A stretch of 64,000 nucleotides of DNA from Candidatus Poribacteria bacterium (GTDB lineage: Bacteria > Poribacteria > WGA-4E > PCPOR2b): contig OZ242351.1 of assembly GCA_965208675.1 (NCBI GenBank), positions 3,872,001 through 3,936,000 on the forward strand, in the 5' to 3' direction. The notes below the pieces were generated by a model, which was not told the DNA's origin, searched no databases, and saw only the letters and a program-made list of their open reading frames with translations. Each line of letters starts with the position of its first letter. Positions within the stretch are counted from its first letter, which is position 1. Both the position numbers and the translations under genes were made by a program. This document shows positions 9,049-19,257 of the stretch, piece by piece.

Positions 9049-10002
9049 ACCATCGGACACTATTACCCAAATGTAGGGGAATTATGTAGAATTGTACCAC
9101 GTGGTAGGAATTAAGTCAAAGTCTCGAATTTTTTCTTGCGGGGTTTTGATTCTGAACTTACGCCCAATGTTTAGACAGTCATGCTTGTCCATTAAGGTGT
9201 AAGTCCTAAGCTATCCTGCTACGTTTCGACACCTAATATTGTTGGAAATACACCGCCTGAGGTGTGTCGGTGTTGCCATAACAATTCTCCTTAAAATTTA
9301 AGAGTGTCAATCTGAATTACTACATCGTTAGGTCTATCAATAATGTTTCGCCAAACCTTGCAGATTTTTATTCGATTTTGAGATTTCATTACAACAAACA
9401 TGCGTCTGTCTGCGTTCTGTGAATGGACATGATTCTGCATTAGGTAAAGTACAAGTTTATGCAAAATCAGTGTTTACGCTTAACAGTCTAAATACACATA
9501 TGGTCTATGCTGGCTATAATGACAAGCATTCCATGCCCTAATAACTCAATAATCATCGAAATCACCTTTCTTTTTGCTTAGTAGGAACAACAGAAATGAA
9601 AAAAGCCACCACAATGAAGTGATGGCTTGTATTGGATGCGAAAGAGTGCGAAGGCGAAGGCTTTCGCCAAACTCGTGTAACAGGCGAGATGCCTATCACC
9701 TCTTGTGTGTTTCGTTTAGTATAGATGCCGTCAAACTCTCATAAATTTTAGATTTTAAAATGGATTTTGAATTCTCCCCCGTGTTTATATCTAGGTTAAA
9801 ATGATCGACTATGCGCCCCGCATTTATCAAGAAAAAAAGCATGTTATGATTACAAAAGCCACAAACTACTAATCGCGTGTGTTTATCTTGACATCTCGCC
9901 GGTCGTAAGCGATTATTTTTACATAGTTGGAATGACCCCAAAAAACTGGACAGTGAGCTAAGAAGGATTTTATAATAATTAACCGTCCAGAAAGGGGCTA
10001 TC

Positions 10003-10296
10003 ATGCCGAAGACAAGACGTCAATTTACACCCGAATTTAAGCTCGAATGTGTGCTAGATATCATCAGTGGGCGGAAACGCCCAGTCGAAATTTGTAACGA
10101 ATATCAAATCAGCGATACCTTACTGTCCAAATGGCGCCAACACTTCATGGAAAACGCCGCGAATCTCTTTGTGGGTGAACAGAACCACAAGAACGCCTCC
10201 AATGCGCGCATCGCTGAACTGGAGCGTCTCGTCGGGCAATTGACATTGGAGTTGTCTGCCTCAAAAAAAGTATTGAGTTACTTCGACTCTCGATAA
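10003..10296 (+). CDS. IS3 OrfA (HTH)
   Basis: RRQFTPEFKLECV...LSKWR...RIAELERLVGQLTLE; A7G slippery site at 10263-10270. Confidence 0.9.
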   Translation: MPKTRRQFTPEFKLECVLDIISGRKRPVEICNEYQISDTLLSKWRQHFMENAANLFVGEQNHKNASNARIAELERLVGQLTLELSASKKVLSYFDSR

Positions 10297-11135
10297 AGCA
10301 GAAACGGGAATTGGCGAAACGCGGCAGCAAAGCATTTCCCATTAGCCTACTGTGTAATGTGCTCGGCTTGTCTCGAAGCAGTTTCTATTACGATTCCAAA
10401 ACCGAGGGTGATGCTCAGCTTTGCCGGCATATCGAGCAAATACGTTTATCAAATCACCGCTATGGGTATCGCAGAATCACAAATGAACTGCATCGTCAAG
10501 GATTGGTTGTCAACCGAAAACGGGTGCAACGTCTGGTTGGCGCACTAGGGCTTCAGGTACGTCCTAGGCGAAAGCGGGTGATCACCACCAACAGTCAACC
10601 CGGACGATATGCGTATCCGAATTTGCTCAAAGATTTATCAGTCACTTATCCTGACCAGATTTGGTGTGCAGATATCACCTATATTCCACTGGCTAGTGGT
10701 CAAGTGGCTTATCTGGCGTTATTGTTTGATGTTTTTACTCGAACCATAAGAGGCTGGGAGTTGTCGCGAAACATGTCAGTTAACCTGTTGTCTGGGGCTT
10801 TGAGAAAAGCATTAGCAAGACAGCATCGTCCCCAAATCCATCATTCAGACCGAGGTGGACAGTACATTGCTGAGAAGTATTGTCAGCAATTGAGAGCGAT
10901 AGCGTGCCGCATTTCCATGACGGACCGTGGGAAACCGTGGCAGAATCCATACGTTGAGAGTACGATTGGCAGAATCAAAGACGAGTATATCGTTGACTCC
11001 GAGTATCAGAATTTCCGGGATGCATACAACCAACTTAGTCCAGTATTAGATGTCGTGTATAATCAGAAAAGGCCTCATTCAGCGCTAGGCTATCGGACAC
11101 CTGCTGAATTCGAGGCAGCGTATAATGCAAACTAG
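10263..11135 (+). CDS. IS3 OrfB DDE transposase, reached by -1 frameshift
   Basis: The -1 frame is open from the AAAAAAAG site; YGYRRIT, WCADITYI, HHSDRGGQY, ESTIGRIKDE, YNQKRPHSALGYRTPAEFE. Confidence 0.92.
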   Translation, partial: KKSIELLRLSIKQKRELAKRGSKAFPISLLCNVLGLSRSSFYYDSKTEGDAQLCRHIEQIRLSNHRYGYRRITNELHRQGLVVNRKRVQRLVGALGLQVRPRRKRVITTNSQPGRYAYPNLLKDLSVTYPDQIWCADITYIPLASGQVAYLALLFDVFTRTIRGWELSRNMSVNLLSGALRKALARQHRPQIHHSDRGGQYIAEKYCQQLRAIACRISMTDRGKPWQNPYVESTIGRIKDEYIVDSEYQNFRDAYNQLSPVLDVVYNQKRPHSALGYRTPAEFEAAYNAN

Positions 11136-11422
11136 AACACCAATCGATATTTAATCTTGAATTAATAACGCAGCACTAACACAGTTATAGGTTAAGTCCT
11201 AAACTTCAAAATACCTTCTTAACATCCGCAATTTCGTGTCCAAACAATTGGGGTCACTGCCAGTTACAGAATAAGCTTGTTCAGCTAATATGGGATAGCG
11301 CGTTCAGGTGGAACTTATTTGCCCGGTAAGCGGGCAAAGGGTAAATGGGTCGCCTAAAGCCCGCGCGCCTCTTCCCCGCCTGAACGTAATATCCCACCAA
11401 TACAAAGGAAACTAAATGCGAT

Positions 11423-11848
11423 ATGTGGATACCTATACTCAGCCTAATTGTAGTAATAATTGGTTGCTTACTCGGTTTATAATGGGCACAAAACATCGCC
11501 CATGGACTCTACATATTATGTAACGTGGTATTGGTTGTTGCTAGTATTGCCGCCGTTTTCTGGTTGGCGCTGCATTATCCGTCAAGTCCAGAGAAGATAC
11601 TTGAGCTAAATGACTGGCAGTGGGTGTTACCAACACCCACTGCCTCAATCATCTTACGTCACGTGAGAAAGGAGGACTATACGATGATTGATGTACTCAC
11701 ACCGGAGCAAAAACAGCGTATTCTCGCCGCAAGAGAACGCAATCGCTCTGGCGCTGAGAGGCATGTCTTTGAGCTGTACCTCAAATGCCAACAAGTATAT
11801 AGCATTATTATACATTCGGTGGAACGACTCGTGAGACGTGCGTCTTAG
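11423..11848 (+). pseudogene. degraded membrane-protein ORF overlapping a small 54-aa ORF (RBS AAGGAGG, ATG ~11684)
   Basis: MWIPILSLIVVIIGCLLGL*WAQ... has an in-frame stop; internal strong RBS before MIDVLTPEQKQRILAARERNR. Confidence 0.3.
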
Positions 11849-11866
11849 GCGTAATCAGGGGGTGTT

Positions 11867-12154
11867 TCACGCAATGCACCCACTGAGAAACTTATCGAAC
11901 AAGTTTATCCGGTTTCGGCGATTATATTTCAAGCAAGATTCAGCAACATAGAGCGGAGCGTAATTCTCTGAGTAGTGGTGGTGTGTTCCGTTCCACGCAC
12001 GTTTCAGCGGGCTCCAGAACCTATTGATGGTGTTCTTATCGATCTCTTTGTTCTCACTGTCCTCGCTGTCCGCTAGCTTGTGCTCGGCGTGTTTAATTAC
12101 CTGATGCTTCATGATGGACTTGACAGGCAGATAGCCTTTGTATTCGTCCATCAT
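11867..12154 (-). pseudogene. IS1595-family transposase C-terminal fragment
   Basis: DEYKGY...NTINRFWSPLKRAWNGTHHHYS...LYVAESCLKYNRR. Confidence 0.8.
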
Positions 12155-12197
12155 AAGTGTTGGTTCTTTAGGGCGTGCTCCATGAGTTACAATGTCG

Positions 12198-12608
12198 TTA
12201 TGGAGCTGATGGCGGTGTACAGGACGGTGCCCGCTGCCAATCGCCGTTTACTCTGGTTTCGATGAAGCATGTGAAAATGCCGTCGTTAGATTTCCATTCA
12301 ATCTGATGCTTTCGGCCGTGATTGTTGCCTTGAGCATCGGCGCCGTCAACGTAAGCGTAAACAGTCGCGTCTTCGTCTTTAGTTAATTCTACACCGTAAC
12401 TAGAAGTGCTACGAGTTTCAGAAATGGGCGGCCCGGTTTCTGGAATTGACCATGACGGGTTTTCGTTCCAATCCGCGCCGTTGAGTTTTGTCCCGTCGAG
12501 AAATAGTTCTACTCGACCAGATACGAGTCCTGAGCTATTGGCTGAAGCACTCAGCCAGACTTTGTTGCCATTAATTCCAGCGTTGCAATATGCGTTCATT
12601 AATTTCAC
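12198..12608 (-). pseudogene. fragment of a beta-rich hypothetical protein directly downstream of GH108 copy 1
   Basis: 136-aa ORF whose frame continues upstream past an in-frame TAA; no recognisable family. Confidence 0.35.
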
Positions 12609-12751
12609 CTCATGTTAGTGGTTCAGTGTAAATGCGTCTAAATGCGCATTTCCTTTGGGGTAATGCCAACCCATGTTAGCATTATTTGTCCCAAAGCCTT
12701 TATAAAACGCGTTGATAAGCAAAAGACCTGTTGTCGCTTATCACATCTGTT

Positions 12752-13384
12752 CTAATCATTCTGGTCGACATCATCGTCGTGCATCGCCGACGGGGTCGCC
12801 TTCTCAACTTCAAAGTATTCCTCGAGTTGAGCAAGCACATGGTTCGCACGGCGTTTCCATCCGACATGCCATTGTTTGAATTTATCCGGATTGAGGTCTA
12901 CAAGACGTTGATAATGCGCTAGTTTCTCCTCATGGAATCGAGTAATCAACTCATTGTCGATACCCGGGTCGGATTGCAATTCAATTTCAACGGTTTGTCT
13001 CCATGCGGCGACCGCCCCGCTGGTGTTGCGCCCCCATGCACCATCGTCAACGGCGCCCGCCATACGCTGGACAATCTTGACGGCAGCCTTGCCGGCGTTT
13101 ACAACGAAGTCGCTATAGATATATTGAAGAAATTCGGGAAGCTCCCACGTATGATACCTTTCAAGATAATCGACATAAAACGCCTCAACGATGTCTTGTC
13201 GTTTTGCGAGACCTTCCACGGATTCAGGCGCTTCCGGGAAGCGTTCGAGGTTTTTGGGACGCCAGATATCCCAGCTTTGTTTCGTGACGCCGTCGCATGA
13301 TATACCGCCGACGTTCGCAGGTTCTCTGCGGTTGATTCCCTTTTCGCTACCGATGATTAGCTGAATGATTTTTGTTCTGTCCAT
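12752..13384 (-). CDS. glycoside hydrolase family 108 (lysozyme/endolysin-like), copy 1
   Basis: SEKGIN...GGISCDGVT (EGG-type motif variant), DFVVNAG, VDDGAWGRNT, C-terminal KFxxWxxGWxRR peptidoglycan-binding-like motif. Confidence 0.75.
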   Translation of the reverse strand: MDRTKIIQLIIGSEKGINRREPANVGGISCDGVTKQSWDIWRPKNLERFPEAPESVEGLAKRQDIVEAFYVDYLERYHTWELPEFLQYIYSDFVVNAGKAAVKIVQRMAGAVDDGAWGRNTSGAVAAWRQTVEIELQSDPGIDNELITRFHEEKLAHYQRLVDLNPDKFKQWHVGWKRRANHVLAQLEEYFEVEKATPSAMHDDDVDQND

Positions 13385-14252
13385 TTAATTTTAACCTCAT
13401 TCCGTTAGTTTTTGCACGAGCGACTTCAACCTTTTTCGACCACGGGCTAGTCGATTGTTCACGACTGCCTCTCCGAGCCCCAACTCTTGAGCTATCTCCT
13501 TATGGCTCATACCGCTCAAGCGCAGTAGTAATGGCTGTTGTTGTGAGTCAGGAAGTTGTTCGATAGCCCTTGCAAGCCTGTCCCGCATGTCGACGAGTTC
13601 CTGTCGCTGTTCATCGCGCCGATGTGCAAACACTGCGGCGACATTCGATACCTCCGTTTCATTGGCGTCGCGAGAGAGTGAAAGGCACTCAATTAGTTTT
13701 TGGCGTTCTCGGTACTTTCTTGCTATGAGTTGAGATGCTATGCGGAACATCCAGTTTGGGAACTTTTGTGGATTCTTAAGTTCTTGCAGATTTTGCGAGA
13801 CCTCAATAAAGGTCTCTTGAACAATGTCTTGTGCATCTTCTTGAAAGCGAACGACAGTAAGGGCGATTCGTACCGACTATAGAGCAAGGAGAAAGCGTCC
13901 TTGTCACCCTTCAAAGCCTGACGAACCAATTCGGCGTCGCTCGATTTTTCGCCAACTCGCATCCCACTCCCCAGATCTGCAAAAAGTGATTGGGGTGTTT
14001 ACAACTTACCATTGTAAACATGTATGACTATATGGCTAAAATCTATCACTAAAAATGAAATTTTTTTTTCAAGGATATCGACTTGTAGGGCAATTTATGG
14101 TATGATTTTGATCACGGAAAGAGCGTTGGACGTGCACAATCCGCTTTTGCGTGGATGTGCTCGAAGCGGTTATGAAGACGCAAACTTGAGGCAATGAACC
14201 TGCGAGGTTGGGAAGTGGGGGTTGCGAATTGCCAAGCTGTGGTTTTTTGTGA
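12753..14252. repeat. ~1.5-kb direct repeat, copy 1 (partner 22700..24214)
   Basis: GH108 gene, ECF sigma and upstream leader align colinearly with the second copy. Confidence 0.95.
13397..13962 (-). pseudogene. ECF sigma factor pseudogene (copy of 23344..23925)
   Basis: 566 vs 582 nt: a 16-bp deletion between GCATCTTC/GCATTTTC micro-repeats near 13840 causes a frameshift. Confidence 0.9.
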
Positions 14253-14269
14253 GGGGGGGTTAATTCACC

Positions 14270-15092
14270 AGGTTATGTTGACATTTCAACGTAGCCAGAT
14301 AAGCGTGGAGACGAAACTCAGAAATCCAAAATAACGGGCAGCTAGTTTCTCGAAACGAGAAAAGATACGACGGTACCATTTTATTTTGTTGATGAAACAT
14401 TCGACTAGATGTCTCTCTTTGTATAAATGGGGGTCGTATTTTCTTTGAGCACCACGATTCCGTCGAGGCGGTATCACCGGAATGGCACCATTGGCTTCAA
14501 TAACGTTGATAAATTCAACTGAGTCATATCCTTTGCCTCCAATTACATGCTGGCTGTTATATCCAACTATCAACGATTCGGCTTCAGCTATGTCGTGTCT
14601 CTGACCGGTGGTTAGCTGGAGTCTAAGCGGATTACCTAGTGCGTCAACTGTGATGTGAATCTTGGTGCTGAAGCCGCCGCGAGAACGTCCTAGTGCTTGG
14701 TTTTCGGCACCCCCGTTTTTTTTGAGGCGCCAGCCGCGCATGGGTGAGCCCGGCAAATGGTCGAGTCAATAATAATTGACTCCATATCTGGGTCGGAGGC
14801 AAAGTGGCGGTGCATATGTTCGAAGATTCCTATGTCACACCAGTTACTAAACCGCTTGTAGACGGAGCTCCAATTGCCATAGGCAGTTGGTAATAATCTC
14901 CATTGCACCCCGCTACGAGCCACCCACAAGACGGCTTCAACGAATCGTCGGGTGCCGGCTTCGTTGCGGACATAGATGTTGCAACAACCTAGAAGAAACT
15001 GGTATATCTTTCTCCATTAGTCATCAGGTAAGGTTATAGCCATCATGCTTAACATTATGCCACAACCTTATAAACAAATGTCAACAGAACCT
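14270..15092 (-). mobile_element. IS5-family insertion sequence with a nonsense mutation in orfA
   Basis: IRs AGGTTATGTTGACATTT / AAATGTCAACAGAACCT; orfA from ATG 15046 MMAITLPDD*WRKI...; A8 frameshift site near 14720; orfB 14286..14756 GRSRGGFSTKIH, GKGYDS, YKERHLVECFINKIK. Confidence 0.9.
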
Positions 15093-15304
15093 AATAGTCA
15101 GATGCTATTGGGATTCGGGCCATTTTCAATGCAATCCGTGATAATCGTGAAGCTATTCTCGGCAATCGCAAAGCAATTCGTGCGAAGCGCATAGCGATTG
15201 ATGAAATCAACAGCAAATTCGATCGGGTTCTCGATCATCTAGAAATTGGGACGTAAATCCTACCGCCACTTGTTATCATAGGAGAGGGTAACAGGCTTGA
15301 CAGA

Positions 15305-16113
15305 ATGGCAAGGTATATCTTTGGAGGAATGCTAATAATGTTGATACTGTTTGGCATTGCGTTAGGTATTATGATTGGGTTGTTTGGCTCTTTTGTCCCC
15401 ACGGCACATGCAGTGATGATTCTGATTCGGTTGTCGGCCTATGGCTTTTGGACGAAGGTAAAGGCTTTAGAACGTATGAGCATACCGGCAACTTTAAGCA
15501 TGCATGGATTCTTGGTGAACCCGGACATCGTGCCGAATGGGTGCCCGGCAAGTTTGGCACATGCTTAGATTTTTTGGGCAATCCCGGCGTTTCGATTGGT
15601 GATTCCGGCGAGCATACTCCGAATGAGGAAATAACGATAACAGCATGGTCGAAAATACTGGATGCCACGCGTGTAGGTTCATCTTGATGGTATCACCTCA
15701 ATCCAAATACGGTAGATGCATTTGCCGGCGCACAGATGCGCACCGAGAACAATAAAAAGAAGATACAGTGGGCATTCGGGTCGCCGGTTATACGCTTGAT
15801 AGTGGATTGGACGCCAGTTGAAGACGTATGGCAACATTGGGCTTTCACGCATAGCGTGCGCGACAACCGAATGGCGATATATCAGGACGGCAAACTATTT
15901 GCCGAGATGGCCGATTCCAGCGCACTCAACTCCACACAAGGATGGGGCAGGATCGGGCCTATATCAGGCCTCATTGATGATGTCGGTGTGTTCAACCGCG
16001 CACTAACCCAAGCAGAAATCCAATTTATCATGAGACATGGGTTCGCATCAGCGTTAGCCGTTCAGCGGGTGGGTAGGGTTGCCAGCACCTAGGGCGAGAT
16101 TAAGACCAAATTA
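15305..16113 (+). pseudogene. secreted LamG-like jellyroll protein with a Poribacteria-type C-terminal motif, pseudogene
   Basis: Signal peptide, frameshift near 15414, VVGLWLLDEGKG, WVPGKFG, WQHWAFT, GLIDDVGVFNRALTQAEI, ALAVQRVGRVAST*GEIK; two internal stops. Confidence 0.85.
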
Positions 16114-16119
16114 ACGTCC

Positions 16120-16856
16120 AAAACCGCACAATGTTCACGCGCGACAACCTCGAAGTCCTCCTTGGTATTGACAACGCCTGCATAGACCGAATCTATCTCG
16201 ACCAGCTGTTCAATTCCAAGCACAACTAGGCTGGACCGCCTGGTTTTAAAGTTGCCGGGGCAGCGTTTAAAGACGGGAGGACACTCACTGACATTGACGT
16301 TGAATGGATGGCTTGATAGCAGATGAACCTGCCTGCGCTAAGCAGGCTGCGCGACTCCGTGCCGTCTGATTCGGAAAAAGCGTATGTCGTGTATATGTCG
16401 GTCCGTTTGCTCTAGATGCGCCGGTTACTTAAGCCGACAGGCAGTATTTATCTACACGGCGATCCGACAATGGATCACTGGTTTAAAATCACGCTCGACG
16501 CCATTTTTTAGGAGAACAGGGTTCCTGAACAAACTCATTTGGCATAATTTCAAACCAGGTGCGAGTAAAACAAACGACCCACGAAATTATGGTTCGTTGT
16601 TGTTCTTCACAAAACAGGATATATTTACGTTTAACATTGACGCAACACTATTTGAATATGATAACATATCAATTTGAGATTTGATCGCGTAGATGAAAAT
16701 GGACGGCGATATAAAGTCCATTACAACTCGGATGGTACAACTAGCAAATCCTATATGAAAGCGGCGGGCAAACCCGACAATGTTCTCAAAATCCCATTTA
16801 TACAGGGCACCGCTAAGGAATGTGTCGGTTCTCCTACCCAGTACCGGAAAGCGTAA
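16120..16856 (+). pseudogene. site-specific DNA (N6-adenine/N4-cytosine) methyltransferase, heavily decayed
   Basis: DNLEVL...IDRIYLDQLFNSKHN* (DLIYLDPPFNS-like), VYMSVRLL*MRRLLKPTGSIYLHGDP, ...KECVGSPTQ (ERxGYPTQKP-like); many stops. Confidence 0.8.
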
Positions 16857-16958
16857 AGTAAAAAACGTCAATTACTCTTCCTTTAGTAATAAAGCAAAGG
16901 AAGAAACCAAACCAAATCCAGCGAAATTTCACGTATTGTGAAAACCATTCCGAATGTT

Positions 16959-17303
16959 TCATTTCAGTAGCATGACAATAACCGCAACAACCGCTGCGAT
17001 ACCGCCAAGTCCACCTACGCCCGTGAATAACCAAGTCAACAGCGAAAGTTGCCCGTCGCGCCTATTGCCATCCGCCTCCAATACCTTCACGCGTGTTTCC
17101 TGGTCAACAGTAGATTCCTGCATCGCTTTCAAGAGCGTTTCAACTTTGGCGCCCTGCGCTTCCGATGCTTTAAGTCGAGCGTCATGTTCGCCAATCGTTG
17201 CACACTGTTTCTCAAGCCGTTCATGATGGTGATCCATGCGAACTTCCATCCTTGAAACAACATCAAGAATTCTATCCAGCTTTGCCTCGACGGTGTCAGC
17301 CAC
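16959..17303 (-). CDS. phage-like coiled-coil protein with a C-terminal TM helix (XhlA/holin-accessory-like)
   Basis: Heptad pattern ...HDARLKASE...ETRVKVLE followed by LLTWLFTGVGGLGGIAAVVAVIVMLLK. Confidence 0.55.
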   Translation of the reverse strand: MADTVEAKLDRILDVVSRMEVRMDHHHERLEKQCATIGEHDARLKASEAQGAKVETLLKAMQESTVDQETRVKVLEADGNRRDGQLSLLTWLFTGVGGLGGIAAVVAVIVMLLK

Positions 17304-17501
17304 CTACGGTACCCCCGCACCCGGTATCATATAACGAATTGGAGATATTGTCTGGCGCGTGCACGGTCAGAGTAAGTCGCCAATTCTCGTCACCGCACAT
17401 GTCACACACCGTGCCTTAATAAACGGCACAATAAACAGACAACTTTCCCCACGTCTTTGGTTTCTTAATCGCAAATGCAATTTAAATCGGGTTCAGCTCT
17501 T

Positions 17502-17593
17502 GTAGAGTGGGTTTGGCCGACGGCGAAACCCAAGGCTTTTGAAACCACCAGACGACGGAAAAGCGTTGGGGCACGGTGTTTAACCCAACCTAC
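17502..17593. repeat. REP-like element (GTAG...CTAC)
   Basis: GTAGAGTGGGTTT...AAACCCAA and TTGGGG...AACCCAACCTAC arms. Confidence 0.6.
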
Positions 17594-17600
17594 GAAAACT

Positions 17601-17762
17601 GAAAATAGTCCACAGGATGAGTCTTTGCTCCCGACCATCTATCTATCTTTCCCAACAGTGGACGTGGGTAGTAGAATACATGTCGACGATGACGTGAATC
17701 ATCTACCCTTGTTGCGTTAGTGGGCATCGTAATGTCTTCATTTGAGAGTTTTGTGTGCAATC
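17601..17762 (-). pseudogene. diverged copy of an internal segment (5583..5743) of the B12-regulated membrane protein gene
   Basis: GAAAATAGTCCACAG...CCCAACAG...GGTAGTAGA...GTGAATC...TGTTGCGT.AGTGGGCATCGTAATG.CTTCA.. is colinear with 5583..5743 in the same orientation. Confidence 0.85.
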
Positions 17763-17872
17763 ACCGGTTACCTTGGGCACATCAGCCAAATCATATTTTT
17801 CAGACGGCTTAACCGCCGCCCGGGAATCACGCACACCGCATCAAGAATGTTCATAGTGTATTTAGGGGCAAT

Positions 17873-18485
17873 CTAATACGTGTACAGTAAAGCCCACTTA
17901 TCTTCGCATGATAGAGTTTCTTTGTCGTGCTCGTTTTCAGCAGACCCCGCGCGCATTGTGTAATGCGCCCATTCCGAACAATTGCCATGCCCTTGGTTGG
18001 GGTCGTCGGGATCATACTCGACATGATCCAAGCCGGCGCCATGCCCCATTTCATGCATAAGCACATTCAAAAGGCAAACCTCAGTACTACTCGTAGAGCC
18101 GTGCAAATCCCAATCATAATACTTATTTAGCATTATATCGATTTCAGTCAAATAATTTCCACTCCGCCACCGGCGGGTGTGAGCTAAATCAGCCTCATCT
18201 TCGGGTTGGCCTAGTCAGGTCCAGCCGACAACGTTTTTGCCATCCTGGACGTTTGGCACATGTGTCGTGGTATGTGCCTTGAACTCATAATAGAAACTGG
18301 ATGTATCACCGTCGTGTTCAACATTTGACCATCTACTAGCTGCCGTGTTGACATCATTTGTAAAACGGAACTATCCTTAGTTGTACCTCTTCGCAGGTAA
18401 GTGTGTCATGGCAATGCGGATAAACGGTAATGGCTATGCCGATAGCCAGCCCCAATACGACAACTGCCGTCACTAATCTCTTCAT
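17873..18485 (-). pseudogene. matrixin-like metzincin, cassette 3 (pseudogene)
   Basis: ATG overlaps the partner stop (ATGA); MKRLVTAVVVLGLAIGIAITVYPHCHDTLTCEE, deletion/frameshift near 18370, DGKNVVGWT* stop, then HEMGHGAGLDH, YTM, LSCEDKWAL. Confidence 0.85.
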
Positions 18486-19186
18486 TTGCCGCTCCTTTTA
18501 ACTTGTTTTGCGCTGTTGATTAAGCGCGTGGATAGCGCATCAGAAACCACCCCGCTCGTTCCGTTCGCCTCTAGTTTTATGTCATTTTCCAGCCTGCGTG
18601 CAGCGTCGGGGTTTTTTATAAACGCTTTAGCCAGATTACTTGCCAAATCCAAAGACATCTTCATAGGCTTCGCCCTGTTGTTTTTGGCATATCTAAATTT
18701 GACATAATCGTCTTTCACAAGCCGCTTGCCGTAGCGCTGCTTGTAAAGGCGCCGTCCGCCATAAGCGTAAGTCGTATTATACTTGTCGTCCTCCCCTTTT
18801 TTCAAAAACAACATCGCTTTTTCACCGACAGTGAATTTTATGCCGGGCGAGGTTTCTTGCGTAAGCACCTCACCTGCGCTCGGCACATACGCAGTGCCGT
18901 CTTCGTGCATAAATTTGATATGCGTATCGCCTAAATTGGCTTCGCCCTTAATAAGCGTTTCAATGCGAAATGTAATATCCGTACAAATCGAATCAGTGCC
19001 GCTCTCAGTCACATCCTCCCGCCAAACACCCGTTAGCAATTCAACTGTACCAATTGCGACTATATCGCAATTCTCGATGGAGTTCAACAAGCCGTAAGAC
19101 GGAATGTCTCGCCTTATGGCGGGCGTTCCCGCCTCGCACATACTCGCGCACAAAAGCGCAATCAACGCCACAAATACATATTTCAT
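18482..19186 (-). CDS. secreted TIMP/NTR-like OB-fold candidate, cassette 3 partner
   Basis: Signal MKYVFVALIALLCA; DIVAIGTV...TDITFRIETLIKG...FTVGEKAMLFL; paralog of 19958 and 21435. Confidence 0.7.
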   Translation of the reverse strand: MKYVFVALIALLCASMCEAGTPAIRRDIPSYGLLNSIENCDIVAIGTVELLTGVWREDVTESGTDSICTDITFRIETLIKGEANLGDTHIKFMHEDGTAYVPSAGEVLTQETSPGIKFTVGEKAMLFLKKGEDDKYNTTYAYGGRRLYKQRYGKRLVKDDYVKFRYAKNNRAKPMKMSLDLASNLAKAFIKNPDAARRLENDIKLEANGTSGVVSDALSTRLINSAKQVKRSGK

Positions 19187-19257
19187 TTGAATTTCTCCGT
19201 TTGTTAGAGTTCATGAAGCTGCCCGAAGGCAGCCCGTCCTCGGTTTGCTAACCGCCG

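Larger units (their letters stand above)
9928..11262 (+). mobile_element. IS3-family insertion sequence, apparently intact
   Basis: Imperfect terminal IRs TGGAATGACCCCAAAAAACTGGACA / TGTCCAAACAATTGGGGTCACTGCCA; AGT(T) on both flanks; orfA plus orfB. Confidence 0.9.

Noticed and set aside
9150-9420. Possible toxin-antitoxin remnant (RBS + MATPTHL... near 9278) and a GAACTTACGC/GTGTAAGTCC mini-element
   Set aside because: Too short and degraded to assign a family by eye
7508-18220. Stop-codon reassignment or readthrough (stops at expected Trp/Gln positions in several island genes)
   Set aside because: TGA, TAG and TAA all occur, together with frameshifts, and intact genes use all three as stops; ordinary transition-driven decay explains it
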